From contig OZ024744.1 in the NCBI GenBank assembly GCA_964016885.1, forward strand, positions 16,430,001 to 16,494,000: a DNA stretch of 64,000 bases, in the 5' to 3' direction. How positions within the stretch are numbered: position 1 is the stretch's first letter; every line of letters begins with the position of its first letter. Made by a program: the position numbers and the translations under genes. This DNA comes from Eledone cirrhosa (lineage: Eukaryota). The notes beneath the pieces were generated by a model, which worked only from the letters and a program-made list of their open reading frames with translations, ran no database searches and had not been told where the DNA came from. Of this stretch, positions 25,540 to 37,225 are shown one piece after another.

Positions 25540-28330
25540 GTTCAGCTGATGAATTTGTTCTGTGTTTACTGTAGTACTGTGTAAAGTGTACTGTTCACAT
25601 GAAGAATGTGTCCTGTGTTTACTGTAGTACTGTGTAAAGTGTAATGTTCAGCTGAACAATGTGTCCTGTGTATACTGTAATACTGTGTAAAGTGTACTGT
25701 TCACCTGAAGAATGTCTCCTGTGTTTACTGTAGTAATGTGTAAAATGTACTGTTCACCTGAAGAATTTGTCGTGTTTACTATAGTACTGTGTGTAGTGTA
25801 CTGTTCACCTGAAGAATGTGTCCTGTGTTTACTGTGGTACTGTGTAAAGTGTACTGTTCAGCTGAAGAATGTGTCCCGTGTTTACTGTAGAACTGTGTAC
25901 AGTGTACTGTTCAGTTGCAGAATGTGTCCCGTGTTTACTCTAGTACTGTGTAACGTGTACTGTTCACCTGATGAAAGTATCCTGTGTTTACTGTAGTACT
26001 GTGTTCAGTGTACTGTTCACCTGAAGAATGTGTCCTGTGTTTACTGTAGTACTGTTTAAAGTGTACTGTTCAGCTGAAGAATGTGTCCTGTGTTTACTGT
26101 AGTACTGTGTAACGTGTACTCTTCACCTGAAGAATGTGTCCTGTGTTTACTGTAGTACCGTGTAAGGTGTACTGTTCAGCTGAGGAATGTGTCCTGTGTT
26201 TACCGTGGTACTGTGTAAAGTGTACTGTTCAGCTGAAGAATGTGTCCTGTGTTTACTGTAGTACTGTGTAAAGTGTACTGTTCACGTGAAGAATGTGTTA
26301 TGTGTTGACTGCATTTCTGTGTAAAGTGTACTGTTCAGCTGAGGAATGTGTCCTGTGTTTACTGTGGTACTGTGTAAAGTGTACTGTTCAGCTGAAGAAT
26401 GTGTCCTGTGTTTACTGTAGAACTGTGTAAAGTGTACTGTTCACCTGAAGAATGTGTCCTGTGTTTACTCTAGTACTGTGTAAATTGTACTGTTCACCTG
26501 AAGAATGTGTTCTGTGTTGACTGCAGTACTGTGTAAAGTGTACTGTTCACCTGAAGAATGTGTCCTGTGTTTACTGTAGTACTGTGTAAAGTGTACTGTT
26601 CACCTGAAGAATATGTCCTGTGTTTACTGTATTACTGTGTAAATTGTACTGTACACGTGAAGAATGTGTTCTGTGTTGACTGTAGTACTGTGTAAAGTGT
26701 ACTGTTCAGCTGAGGAATGTTTCCTGCGTTTACTTTAGTACTGTGTAAAGTGTACTGTTCACGTGAAGAATGTGTTCTGTGTTGACTGTAGTACTGTGTA
26801 AAGTGTACTGTTCACCTTGAGAATGTGTCCTGTGTTTACTGTAGTACTGTGTAAAGTGTACTGTTCACATGAAGAATGTGTCCTGTGTTTACTGTAGTAC
26901 TGTGTAAAGTGTACTGTTCACCTGAAGAATGTGTCCTCTGTTTTCTGTAGTAATGTGTAAAGTGTACTGTTCACCTGAAGAATGTGTCCTGTGTTTACTG
27001 TAGTACTGTGTAAAGTGTACTGTTCAGCAGAGGAATGTGTTCTGAGTTTACTGTAGTACTGTGTAATGTGTACTGTTCAGCTGATGAATTTGTTCTGTGT
27101 TTACTGTAGTACTGTGTAAAGTGTACTGTTCACATGAAGAATGTGTCCTGTGTTTACTGTAGTACTGTGTAAAGTGTACTGTTCACCTGAAGAATGTGTC
27201 CTCTGTTTTCTGTAGTAATGTGTAAAGTGTAATGTTCAGCTGAAGAATGTGTCCTGTGTATACTGTAATACTGTGTAAAGTGTACTGTTCACCTGAAGAA
27301 TGTCTCCTGTGTTTACTGTAGTACTGTGTAAAATGTACTGTTCACCTGAAGAATTTGTCGTGTTTACTATAGTACTGTGTGCAGTGTACTGTTCACCTGA
27401 AGAATGTGTCCTGTTCTTACTGTGGTACTGTGTAAAGTGTACTGTTCAGCTGAAGAATCTGTCCTGTGTTTACTGTAGAACTGTGTACAGTGTACTGTTC
27501 AGTTGCAGAATGTGTCCCGTGTTTACTCTAGTACTGTGTAACGTGTACTGTTCACCTGATGAAAGTGTCCTGTGTTTACTGTAGTACTGTGTAACGTGTA
27601 CTCTTCACCTGAAGAATGTGTCCTGTGTTTCCTGTAGTACCGTGTAAGGTGTACTGTTCAGCTGAGGAATGTGTCCTGTGTTTACCGTGGTACTGTGTAA
27701 AGTGTACTGTTCAGCTGAAGAATGTGTCCTGTGTTTACTGTAGTACTGTGTAAAGTGTACTGTTCACGTGAAGAATGTGTTCTGTGTTGACTGCATTTCT
27801 GTGTAAAGTGTACTGTTCAGCTGAGGAATGTGTCCTGTGTTTACTGTGCTACTGTGTAAAGTGTACTGTTCAGCTGAAGAATGTGTCCTGTGTTTACTGT
27901 AGAACTGTGTAAAGTGTACTGTTCACCTGAATAATGTGTCCTGTGTTTACTGTAGTACTGTGTAAATTGTACTGTTCACCTGAAGAATGTGTTCTGTGTT
28001 GACTGCAGTACGGTGTAAAGTGTACTGTTCACCTGAAGAATGTGTCCTGTGTTTACTGTAGTACTGTGTAAAGTGTACTGTTCACCTGAAGAATATGTCC
28101 TGTGTTTACTGTATTACTGTGTAAATTGTACTGTACACGTGAAGAATGTGTTCTGTGTTGACTGTAGTACTGTGTAAAGTGTACTGTTCAGCTGAGGAAT
28201 GTTTCCTGCGTTTACTTTAGTACTGTGTAAAGTGTACTGTTCACGTGAAGAATGTGTTCTGTGTTGACTGTAGTACTGTGTAAAGTGTACTGTTCACCTG
28301 AAGAATGTGTCCTGTGTTTACTGTAGTACT
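25540..28330 (+). repeat. Two further, more diverged copies of the block duplicated at 19961-22500 (offset 1588 bp at their starts)
   Basis: The same marker series (AATTTGTCGTG, CAGTTGCAGAA, TGATGAAAG, ACCGTGTAAGG, TGCATTTCT) starts near 25.7 kb and 27.3 kb. The two supplied ORFs start 1588 bp apart (30x53-2). Confidence 0.8.
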
Positions 28331-31300
28331 GTGTAACGTGTACTGTTCACCTGAAGAATGTGTCCTGTGTTTACTGTAGTACTGTGTAAAGTGTACTGTT
28401 CACCTGAAGAATGTGTCCTGTGTTTAATGTAGTACTGTGTAAAGTGTACTGTTCAGCTGAAGAATGTGTCCTCTGTTTACTGTAGTAACGTGTAAAGTGT
28501 ACTGTTCACCTGAAGAATGTGTCCTGTGTTTACTGTAGTACTGTGTAAAGTGTACTGTTCACCTGAAGAAAGTGTCCTGTGTTTACTGTAGTACTGTGTA
28601 AAGTGTACTGTTCACCTGAAGAATGTGTCCTGTGTTTACTGTGGTACTGTGTAAAGTGTACTGTTCAGCTGAAGAATGTGTCCTGTGTTTACTCTAGTAC
28701 TGTGTAAAGTGTACTGTTCACCTGAAGAATATGTCCTCTGTTTAACATAGTAATGTGTAAAGTGTACTCTTCACCTGAAGAATGTGTCCTGTGTTTACTG
28801 TGGTACTGTGTAAAGTGTACTCTTCACCTGAAGAATGTGTCCTGTGTTTACTGTGGTACTGTGTAAAGTGTACTGTTCAGCTGAAGAATGTATCCTGTGT
28901 TTACTGTAGTACTGTGTACAGTGTACTGTTCAGTTGAAGAATGTGTCCCGTGTTTACTGTAGTACTGTGTAAAGTGTACTGTTCACCTGAAGTATGTGTC
29001 CTGTGTTTACTGTAGTACTGTGTAAAGTGTACTCTTCACCTGAAGAATGTGTCCTGTGTTTACTGTGGTACTGTGTAAAGTGTACTGTTCAGCTGAAGAA
29101 TGTATCCTGTGTTTACTGTAGTACTGTGTACAGTGTACTGTTCAGTTGAAGAATGTGTCCCGTGTTTACTGTAGTACTGTGTAAAGTGTAATGTTCACCT
29201 GAAGAATGTGTCCTGTGTTTACTGTAGTACTGTGTAAAGTGTACAGTTCAGATGAAGAATGTATCCTGTATTTACTGTAGTACTTTGTAAAGTGTACTGT
29301 TCACCTGAAGAATGTGTCCTGTGTTTACTGTAGTAACCTGTAAAGTGTACTGTTCACCTGAAGAAAGTGTCCTGTGTTTACTGTAGTACTGTGTAAAGTG
29401 TACTGTTCAGCTGACGAATGTGTCCTGTGTTTACTGTTGTAGTGTGTAAAGTGTACTGTTCACCTGAAGAAAGTGTCCTGTTTTTACTGTAGTACTGTGT
29501 GAAGTGTATTGTTCAGCTGACGAATGGTTCCTGTATTTACTGTAGTAATGTGTAAAGTGTACTGTTCACCTGAAGTATGTGTCCTGTGTTTACTGTAGTA
29601 CTGTGTAAAGTGTACTGTTCACCTGAAGAATGTGTCCTGTGTTTTTTGTAGTACTGTGTAAAGTGTACTGTTCAGTTGAAGAATGTGTCCTGTGTTTACT
29701 GTAGTAACGTGTGAAGTGTACTGTTCAGCTGACGAATGTGTCCAGTGTATACTGTAGTACTGTGTAAAGTGTACTGTTCACCTGAAGAATGTCTCCTGTG
29801 TTTACTGTAGTACTGTGTAAAGTGTACTGTTCACCTGAAGAATGTGACCTGTGTTTACTGTAGTACTTTGTAAAGTGTAATGTTCAGCTGAAGAATGTGT
29901 CCTGTGTTTACTGTAGTACTGTGTAAAGTGTACTGTTCATCTGAAGAATGTGTCGTCTGTTTACTGTAGTACTGTGTAAAATGTACTGTTCTCCTGACGA
30001 AAGTGTCCTGTGTTTACTGTAGTACTGTGTAAACTGTACTGTTCAGCTGAGGAATGTGTCCTGTGTTTACTGTAGTACTGTGTAATGTGTACTGTTCAGC
30101 TGGAGAATGTGTCCTGTGTTTACTGTAGTACTGTGTAAAGTGTACTGTTCAGTTGAAGAAAGTGTCCTCTGTTTACTGTAGTAATGTGTAAAGTGTACTG
30201 TTCAGCTGACGAATGTGTCCTGTGTATACTGTAGTAGTGTGTAAAGTGTACTGTTCACCTGACGAATGTGTCCTGTGTTTACTGTAGTAGTGTGTAAGAT
30301 GTACTGTTCAGCTAACTAATGGTTCCTGTGTTTACTGTAGTACCGTGTAAAATGTACTCTTCACCTGAAGAATGTGTCCTGTGTTTACTATCGTACTGTG
30401 TAAAGTGTACTGTTCAGTTGAAGAAAGTGTCCTCTGTTTACTGTAGTAATGTGTAAAGTGTACTGTTCAGCTGAAGAATGTCTCCTGTGTTTACTGTAGT
30501 ACTGTGTAAAGTGTACTGTTCACCTGAAGAATTTGTCCTGTGTTTACTGTAGTACTGTGTAAAGTGTACTGTTCACCTGAAGAATATGTCCTGTGTTTAC
30601 TGTATTACTGTGTAAATTGTACTGTACACGTGAAGAATGTGTTCTGTGTTGACTGTAGTACTGTGTAAAGTGTACTGTTCAGCTGAGGAATGTTTCCTGC
30701 GTTTACTTTAGTACTGTGTAAAGTGTACTGTTCACGTGAAGAATGTGTTCTGTGTTGACTGTAGTACTGTGTAAAGTGTACTGTTCACCTGAAGAATGTG
30801 TCCTGTGTTTACTGTAGTACTGTGTAACGTGTACTGTTCACCTGAAGAATGTGTCCTGTGTTTACTGTAGTACTGTGTAAAGTGTACTGTTCACCTGAAG
30901 AATGTGTCCTGTGTTTAATGTAGTACTGTGTAAAGTGTACTGTTCAGCTGAAGAATGTGTCCTCTGTTTACTGTAGTAACGTGTAAAGTGTACTGTTCAC
31001 CTGAAGAATGTGTCCTGTGTTTACTGTAGTACTGTGTAAAGTGTACTGTTCACCTGAAGAAAGTGTCCTGTGTTTACTGTAGTACTGTGTAAAGTGTACT
31101 GTTCACCTGAAGAATGTGTCCTGTGTTTACTGTGGTACTGTGTAAAGTGTACTGTTCAGCTGAAGAATGTGTCCTGTGTTTACTCTAGTACTGTGTAAAG
31201 TGTACTGTTCACCTGAAGAATATGTCCTCTGTTTAACATAGTAATGTGTAAAGTGTACTCTTCACCTGAAGAATGTGTCCTGTGTTTACTGTGGTACTGT

Positions 31301-33050
31301 GTAAAGTGTACTCTTCACCTGAAGAATGTGTCCTGTGTTTACTGTGGTACTGTGTAAAGTGTACTGTTCAGCTGAAGAATGTATCCTGTGTTTACTGTAG
31401 TACTGTGTACAGTGTACTGTTCAGTTGAAGAATGTGTCCCGTGTTTACTGTAGTACTGTGTAAAGTGTACTGTTCACCTGAAGTATGTGTCCTGTGTTTA
31501 CTGTAGTACTGTGTAAAGTGTACTCTTCACCTGAAGAATGTGTCCTGTGTTTACTGTGGTACTGTGTAAAGTGTACTGTTCAGCTGAAGAATGTATCCTG
31601 TGTTTACTGTAGTACTGTGTACAGTGTACTGTTCAGTTGAAGAATGTGTCCCGTGTTTACTGTAGTACTGTGTAAAGTGTAATGTTCACCTGAAGAATGT
31701 GTCCTGTGTTTACTGTAGTACTGTGTAAAGTGTACAGTTCAGATGAAGAATGTATCCTGTATTTACTGTAGTACTTTGTAAAGTGTACTGTTCACCTGAA
31801 GAATGTGTCCTGTGTTTACTGTAGTAACCTGTAAAGTGTACTGTTCACCTGAAGAAAGTGTCCTGTGTTTACTGTAGTACTGTGTAAAGTGTACTGTTCA
31901 GCTGACGAATGTGTCCTGTGTTTACTGTTGTAGTGTGTAAAGTGTACTGTTCACCTGAAGAAAGTGTCCTGTTTTTACTGTAGTACTGTGTGAAGTGTAT
32001 TGTTCAGCTGACGAATGGTTCCTGTATTTACTGTAGTAATGTGTAAAGTGTACTGTTCACCTGAAGTATGTGTCCTGTGTTTACTGTAGTACTGTGTAAA
32101 GTGTACTGTTCACCTGAAGAATGTGTCCTGTGTTTTTTGTAGTACTGTGTAAAGTGTACTGTTCAGTTGAAGAATGTGTCCTGTGTTTACTGTAGTAACG
32201 TGTGAAGTGTACTGTTCAGCTGACGAATGTGTCCAGTGTATACTGTAGTACTGTGTAAAGTGTACTGTTCACCTGAAGAATGTCTCCTGTGTTTACTGTA
32301 GTACTGTGTAAAGTGTACTGTTCACCTGAAGAATGTGACCTGTGTTTACTGTAGTACTTTGTAAAGTGTAATGTTCAGCTGAAGAATGTGTCCTGTGTTT
32401 ACTGTAGTACTGTGTAAAGTGTACTGTTCATCTGAAGAATGTGTCGTCTGTTTACTGTAGTACTGTGTAAAATGTACTGTTCTCCTGACGAAAGTGTCCT
32501 GTGTTTACTGTAGTACTGTGTAAACTGTACTGTTCAGCTGAGGAATGTGTCCTGTGTTTACTGTAGTACTGTGTAATGTGTACTGTTCAGCTGGAGAATG
32601 TGTCCTGTGTTTACTGTAGTACTGTGTAAAGTGTACTGTTCAGTTGAAGAAAGTGTCCTCTGTTTACTGTAGTAATGTGTAAAGTGTACTGTTCAGCTGA
32701 CGAATGTGTCCTGTGTATACTGTAGTAGTGTGTAAAGTGTACTGTTCACCTGACGAATGTGTCCTGTGTTTACTGTAGTAGTGTGTAAGATGTACTGTTC
32801 AGCTAACTAATGGTTCCTGTGTTTACTGTAGTACCGTGTAAAATGTACTCTTCACCTGAAGAATGTGTCCTGTGTTTACTATCGTACTGTGTAAAGTGTA
32901 CTGTTCAGTTGAAGAAAGTGTCCTCTGTTTACTGTAGTAATGTGTAAAGTGTACTGTTCAGCTGAAGAATGTCTCCTGTGTTTACTGTAGTACTGTGTAA
33001 AGTGTACTGTTCACCTGAAGAATTTGTCCTGTGTTTACTGTAGTACTGTG
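28043..33050 (+). repeat. Apparently perfect tandem duplication with a 2491-bp unit (exactly 47 monomers)
   Basis: GCTAACTAATGG occurs at 30311/32802 and TTCACCTGAAGAATATGTCC at 28081/30572 (both +2491 = 47x53). The shared private variants include GTTTTTTGTAG and GCTGGAGAA. Confidence 0.92.
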
Positions 33051-36000
33051 CAAAGTGTACTGTTCACCTGAAGAATGTGTCCTGTGTTTACTGTAGTACT
33101 GTGTAAAGTATAATGTTTAGCTGAAGAAAGTCTCCTGTGTTTACTGTAGTAATGTGTAAAGTGTACTGTTCATTTCAAGAATATGTCCTGTGTTTACTGT
33201 AGTACTGTGTAAAAGTGTACTGTTCTGCTGAAGAATGTGTCCTGTGTTTACTGTAGTACTGTGTAATGTGTACTCTTCCTCTGAAGAATGTGTCCTGTGT
33301 TTACTGTAGTACTGTGTGAATTGTACTGTTCACCTGAAGAATATGTCGTGTGTTTACTGTAGTACCGTGTAAAGTGTACTGTTGACCTGAACAATGTGTC
33401 CTGTGTTTACTGTAGTACTGTGTAACGTGTACTGTTCACCTGAAGAATGTGTCCTGTGTTTACTCTAGTACTGTGTAAAGTGTACTGTCCACCTGAAGAA
33501 TATGTCCTCTGTTTAACATAGTAATGTGTAAAGTGTACTCTTCACCTGAAGAATGTGTCCTGTGTTTGCTGCAGTACTGTGTAAAGTGTACCGTTCAGCT
33601 GAAGAATGTGTCCTGTGTTTACTGTAGCACTGTGTAAAGTATACTGTTCACCTGAAGAATGTGTCCTGTGTTTACTGTAGTAATGTGTAAAGTGTACTGT
33701 TCACCTGACGAATGTGTCCTGTGTTTACTGTAGTAATGCGTAAAGTGTACTGTTCACCTGAAGAATGTGTCCTGTGTTTACTGTAGTACTGTGTAAAGTG
33801 TACTGTTCACATGAAGAATGTGTCCCGTGTTTATTGTAGTACGGTGTAAAATGTAGTGTTCAGCTGAAGAATGTGTTCTGTGTTTAATGTAGGATTGTGT
33901 AAATTGTACTGTTCACCTGAAAAATGTGTCCTGTGTTTACTGTAGTACTGTGTAAAGTGTACAGTTCACCTTAAGAAAGTGTCCCATGTTTACTGTAGTA
34001 CTGTGTAAAGTGTACTGTTCACCTGAAGAACGAGTCCTGTGTTTACTGTAGTACTGTGTAAAGTGTACTGTTCACCTGAAGAATGTGTCCTGTGTTTACT
34101 CTAGTACTGTGTAAAGTGTAATGTTTACCTGAAGAATGTGTCCTGTGTTTACTGTAGTACTGTGTAAAGTGTACTGTTCACCTCAAGAATATGTCCCGTG
34201 TTTTCTGTAGTACTGTGTAAAGTGTACTGTTCACCTGAAGAATGTGTCCTGTGTTTACTGTAGTACTGTGTAAAGTGTACTGTTTAGCTGAAGAATGTGT
34301 CCAGTGTTTACTGTAGTACTGTGTAAAGTGTACTGTTCACCTGACGAAAATGTCCTGTGTTTACTGTAGTACTGTGTAAAGTGTACTGTTCAGCTGATGA
34401 ATGTGTCCTGTGTTTACTGTAGTAGCGTGTAAAGTGTACTGTTCAGCTGAAGAATGTGTCCTGTGTTTACTGTAGAATTGTGTACAGTGTACTGTTCAGT
34501 TGCAGAATGTGTCCCGTGTTTACTCTAGTACTGTGTAACGTGTACTGTTCACCTGATGAAAGTGTCCTGTGTTTACTGTAGTACTGTGTAACGTGTACTC
34601 TTCACCTGAAGAATGTGTCCTGTGTTTCCTGTAGTACCGTGTAAGGTGTACTGTTCAGCTGAGGAATGTGTCCTGTGTTTACCGTGGTACTGTGTAAAGT
34701 GTACTGTTCAGCTGAAGAATGTGTCCTGTGTTTACTGTAGTACTGTGTAAAGTGTACTGTTCACGTGAAGAATGTGTTCTGTGTTGACTGCATTTCTGTG
34801 TAAAGTGTACTGTTCAGCTGAGGAATGTGTCCTGTGTTTACTGTGCTACTGTGTAAAGTGTACTGTTCAGCTGAAGAATGTGTCCTGTGTTTACTGTAGA
34901 ACTGTGTAAAGTGTACTGTTCACCTGAATAATGTGTCCTGTGTTTACTGTAGTACTGTGTAAATTGTACTGTTCACCTGAAGAATGTGTTCTGTGTTGAC
35001 TGCAGTACGGTGTAAAGTGTACTGTTCACCTGAAGAATGTGTCCTGTGTTTACTGTAGTACTGTGTAAAGTGTACTGTTCACCTGAAGAATATGTCCTGT
35101 GTTTACTGTATTACTGTGTAAATTGTACTGTACACGTGAAGAATGTGTTCTGTGTTGACTGTAGTACTGTGTAAAGTGTACTGTTCAGCTGAGGAATGTT
35201 TCCTGCGTTTACTTTAGTACTGTGTAAAGTGTACTGTTCACGTGAAGAATGTGTTCTGTGTTGACTGTAGTACTGTGTAACGTGTACTGTTCACCTGAAG
35301 AATGTGTCCTGTGTTTACTGTAGTACTGTGTAAAGTGTACTGTTCACCTGAAGAATGTGTCCTGTGTTTAATGTAGTACTGTGTAAAGTGTACTGTTCAG
35401 CTGAAGAATGTGTCCTCTGTTTACTGTAGTAACGTGTAAAGTGTACTGTTCACCTGAAGAATGTGTCCTGTGTTTACTGTAGTACTGTGTAAAGTGTACT
35501 GTTCACCTGAAGAAAGTGTCCTGTGTTTACTGTAGTACTGTGTAAAGTGTACTGTTCAGCTGAGTAATGGTTCCTGTATTTACTGTAGTAATGTGTAAAG
35601 TGTACTGTTCACCTGAAGTATGTGTCCTGTGTTTACTGTAGTACTGTGTAAAGTGTACTGTTCACCTGAAGAATGTGTCCTGTGTTTACTGTAGTACTGT
35701 GTAAAGTGTACTGTTCACCTGAAGAATGTGTCCTGTGTTTACTGTGGTACTGTGTAAAGTGTACTTTTCAGCTGAAGAATGTGTCCTGTGTTTACTCTAG
35801 TACTGTGTAAAGTGTACTGTTCACCTGAAGAATATGTCCTCTTTTTAACATAGTAATGTGTAAAGTGTACTCTTCACCTGAAGAATGTGTCCTGTGTTTA
35901 CTGTGGTACTGTGTAAATTGTACTCTTCACCTGAAGAATGTGTCCTGTGTTTACTGTGGTACTGTGTAAAGTGTACTGTTCAGCTGAAGAATGTATCCTG

Positions 36001-37167
36001 TGTTTACTGTAGTACTGTGTACAGTGTACTGTTCAGTTGAAGAATGTGTCCCGTGTTTACTGTAGTACTGTGTAAAGTGTACTGTTCACCTGAAGTATGT
36101 GTCCTGTGTTTACTGTAGTACTGTGTAAAGTGTACTCTTCACCTGAAGAATGTGTCCTGTGTTTACTGTGGTACTGTGTAAAGTGTACTGTTCAGCTGAA
36201 GAATGTATCCTGTGTTTACTGTAGTACTGTGTACAGTGTACTGTTCAGTTGAAGAATGTGTCCCGTGTTTACTGTAGTACTGTGTAAAGTGTAATGTTCA
36301 CCTGAAGAATGTGTCCTGTGTTTACTGTAGTAACCTGTAAAGTGTACTGTTCACCTGAAGAATGTGTCCTGTGTTTACTGTAGTACTGTGTAAAGTGTAC
36401 TGTTCAGCTGACGAATGTGTCCTGTGTTTACTGTTGTAGTGTGTAAAGTGTACTGTTCACCTGAAGAAAGTGTCCTGTGTTTACTGTAGTACTGTGTGAA
36501 GTGTATTGTTCAGCTGACGAATGGTTCCTGTATTTACTGTAGTAATGTGTAAAGTGTACTGTTCACCTGAAGTATGTGTCCTGTGTTTACTGTAGTACTG
36601 TGTAAAGTGTACTGTTCACCTGAAGAATGTGTCCTGTGTTTATTGTAGTATGGTGTAAAGTGTACTGTTCAGTTGAAGAATGTGTCCTGTGTTTACTGTA
36701 GTAACGTGTGAAGTGTACTGTTCAGCTGACGAATGTGTCCAGTGTATACTGTAGTACTGTGTAAAGTGTACTGTTCACCTGAAGAATGTCTCCTGTGTTT
36801 ACTGTAGTACTGTGTAAAGTGTACTGTTCACCTGAAGAATGTGACCTGTGTTTACTGTAGTACTTTGTAAAGTGTAATGTTCAGCTGAAGAATGTGTCCT
36901 GTGTTTACTGTAGTACTGTGTAAAGTGTACTGTTCACCTGAAGAATGTGTCGTCTGTTTACTGTAGTACTGTGTAAAATGTACTGTTCTCCTGACGAAAG
37001 TGTCCTGTGTTTACTGTAGTACTGTGTAAACTGTACTGTTCAGCTGAGGAATGTGTCCTGTGTTTACTGTAGTACTGTGTAATGTGTACTGTTCAGCTGA
37101 AGAATGTGTCCTGTGTTTACTGTAATACTGTGTAAAGTGTACTGTTCAGTTGAAGAAAGTGTCCTCT

Positions 37168-37225
37168 GTTTACTGTAGTAATGTGTAAAGTGTACTGTTT
37201 ACTGTAGTAATGTGTAAAGTGTACT
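37168..37225 (+). repeat. 29-bp sub-monomer tandem duplication
   Basis: GTTTACTGTAGTAATGTGTAAAGTGTACT appears twice in a row, starting at 37168 and 37197. Confidence 0.9.

Noticed and set aside
25712-25996. 94-aa Cys/Val-rich ORF (MSPVFTVVMCKMYCSPEE...)
   Set aside because: It is a translation of ~5 satellite monomers where a 2-bp deletion and a few SNPs (e.g. TAG>TGG) happen to remove stops. Cys/Val richness follows from TGT/GTG content. Homologous blocks at ~20.05 kb and ~21.3 kb keep the TAG stop. There is no gene context.
27300-27584. Second 94-aa ORF, similar to the first
   Set aside because: It is a copy of the same satellite block 1588 bp downstream. The similarity reflects array duplication, not protein conservation.
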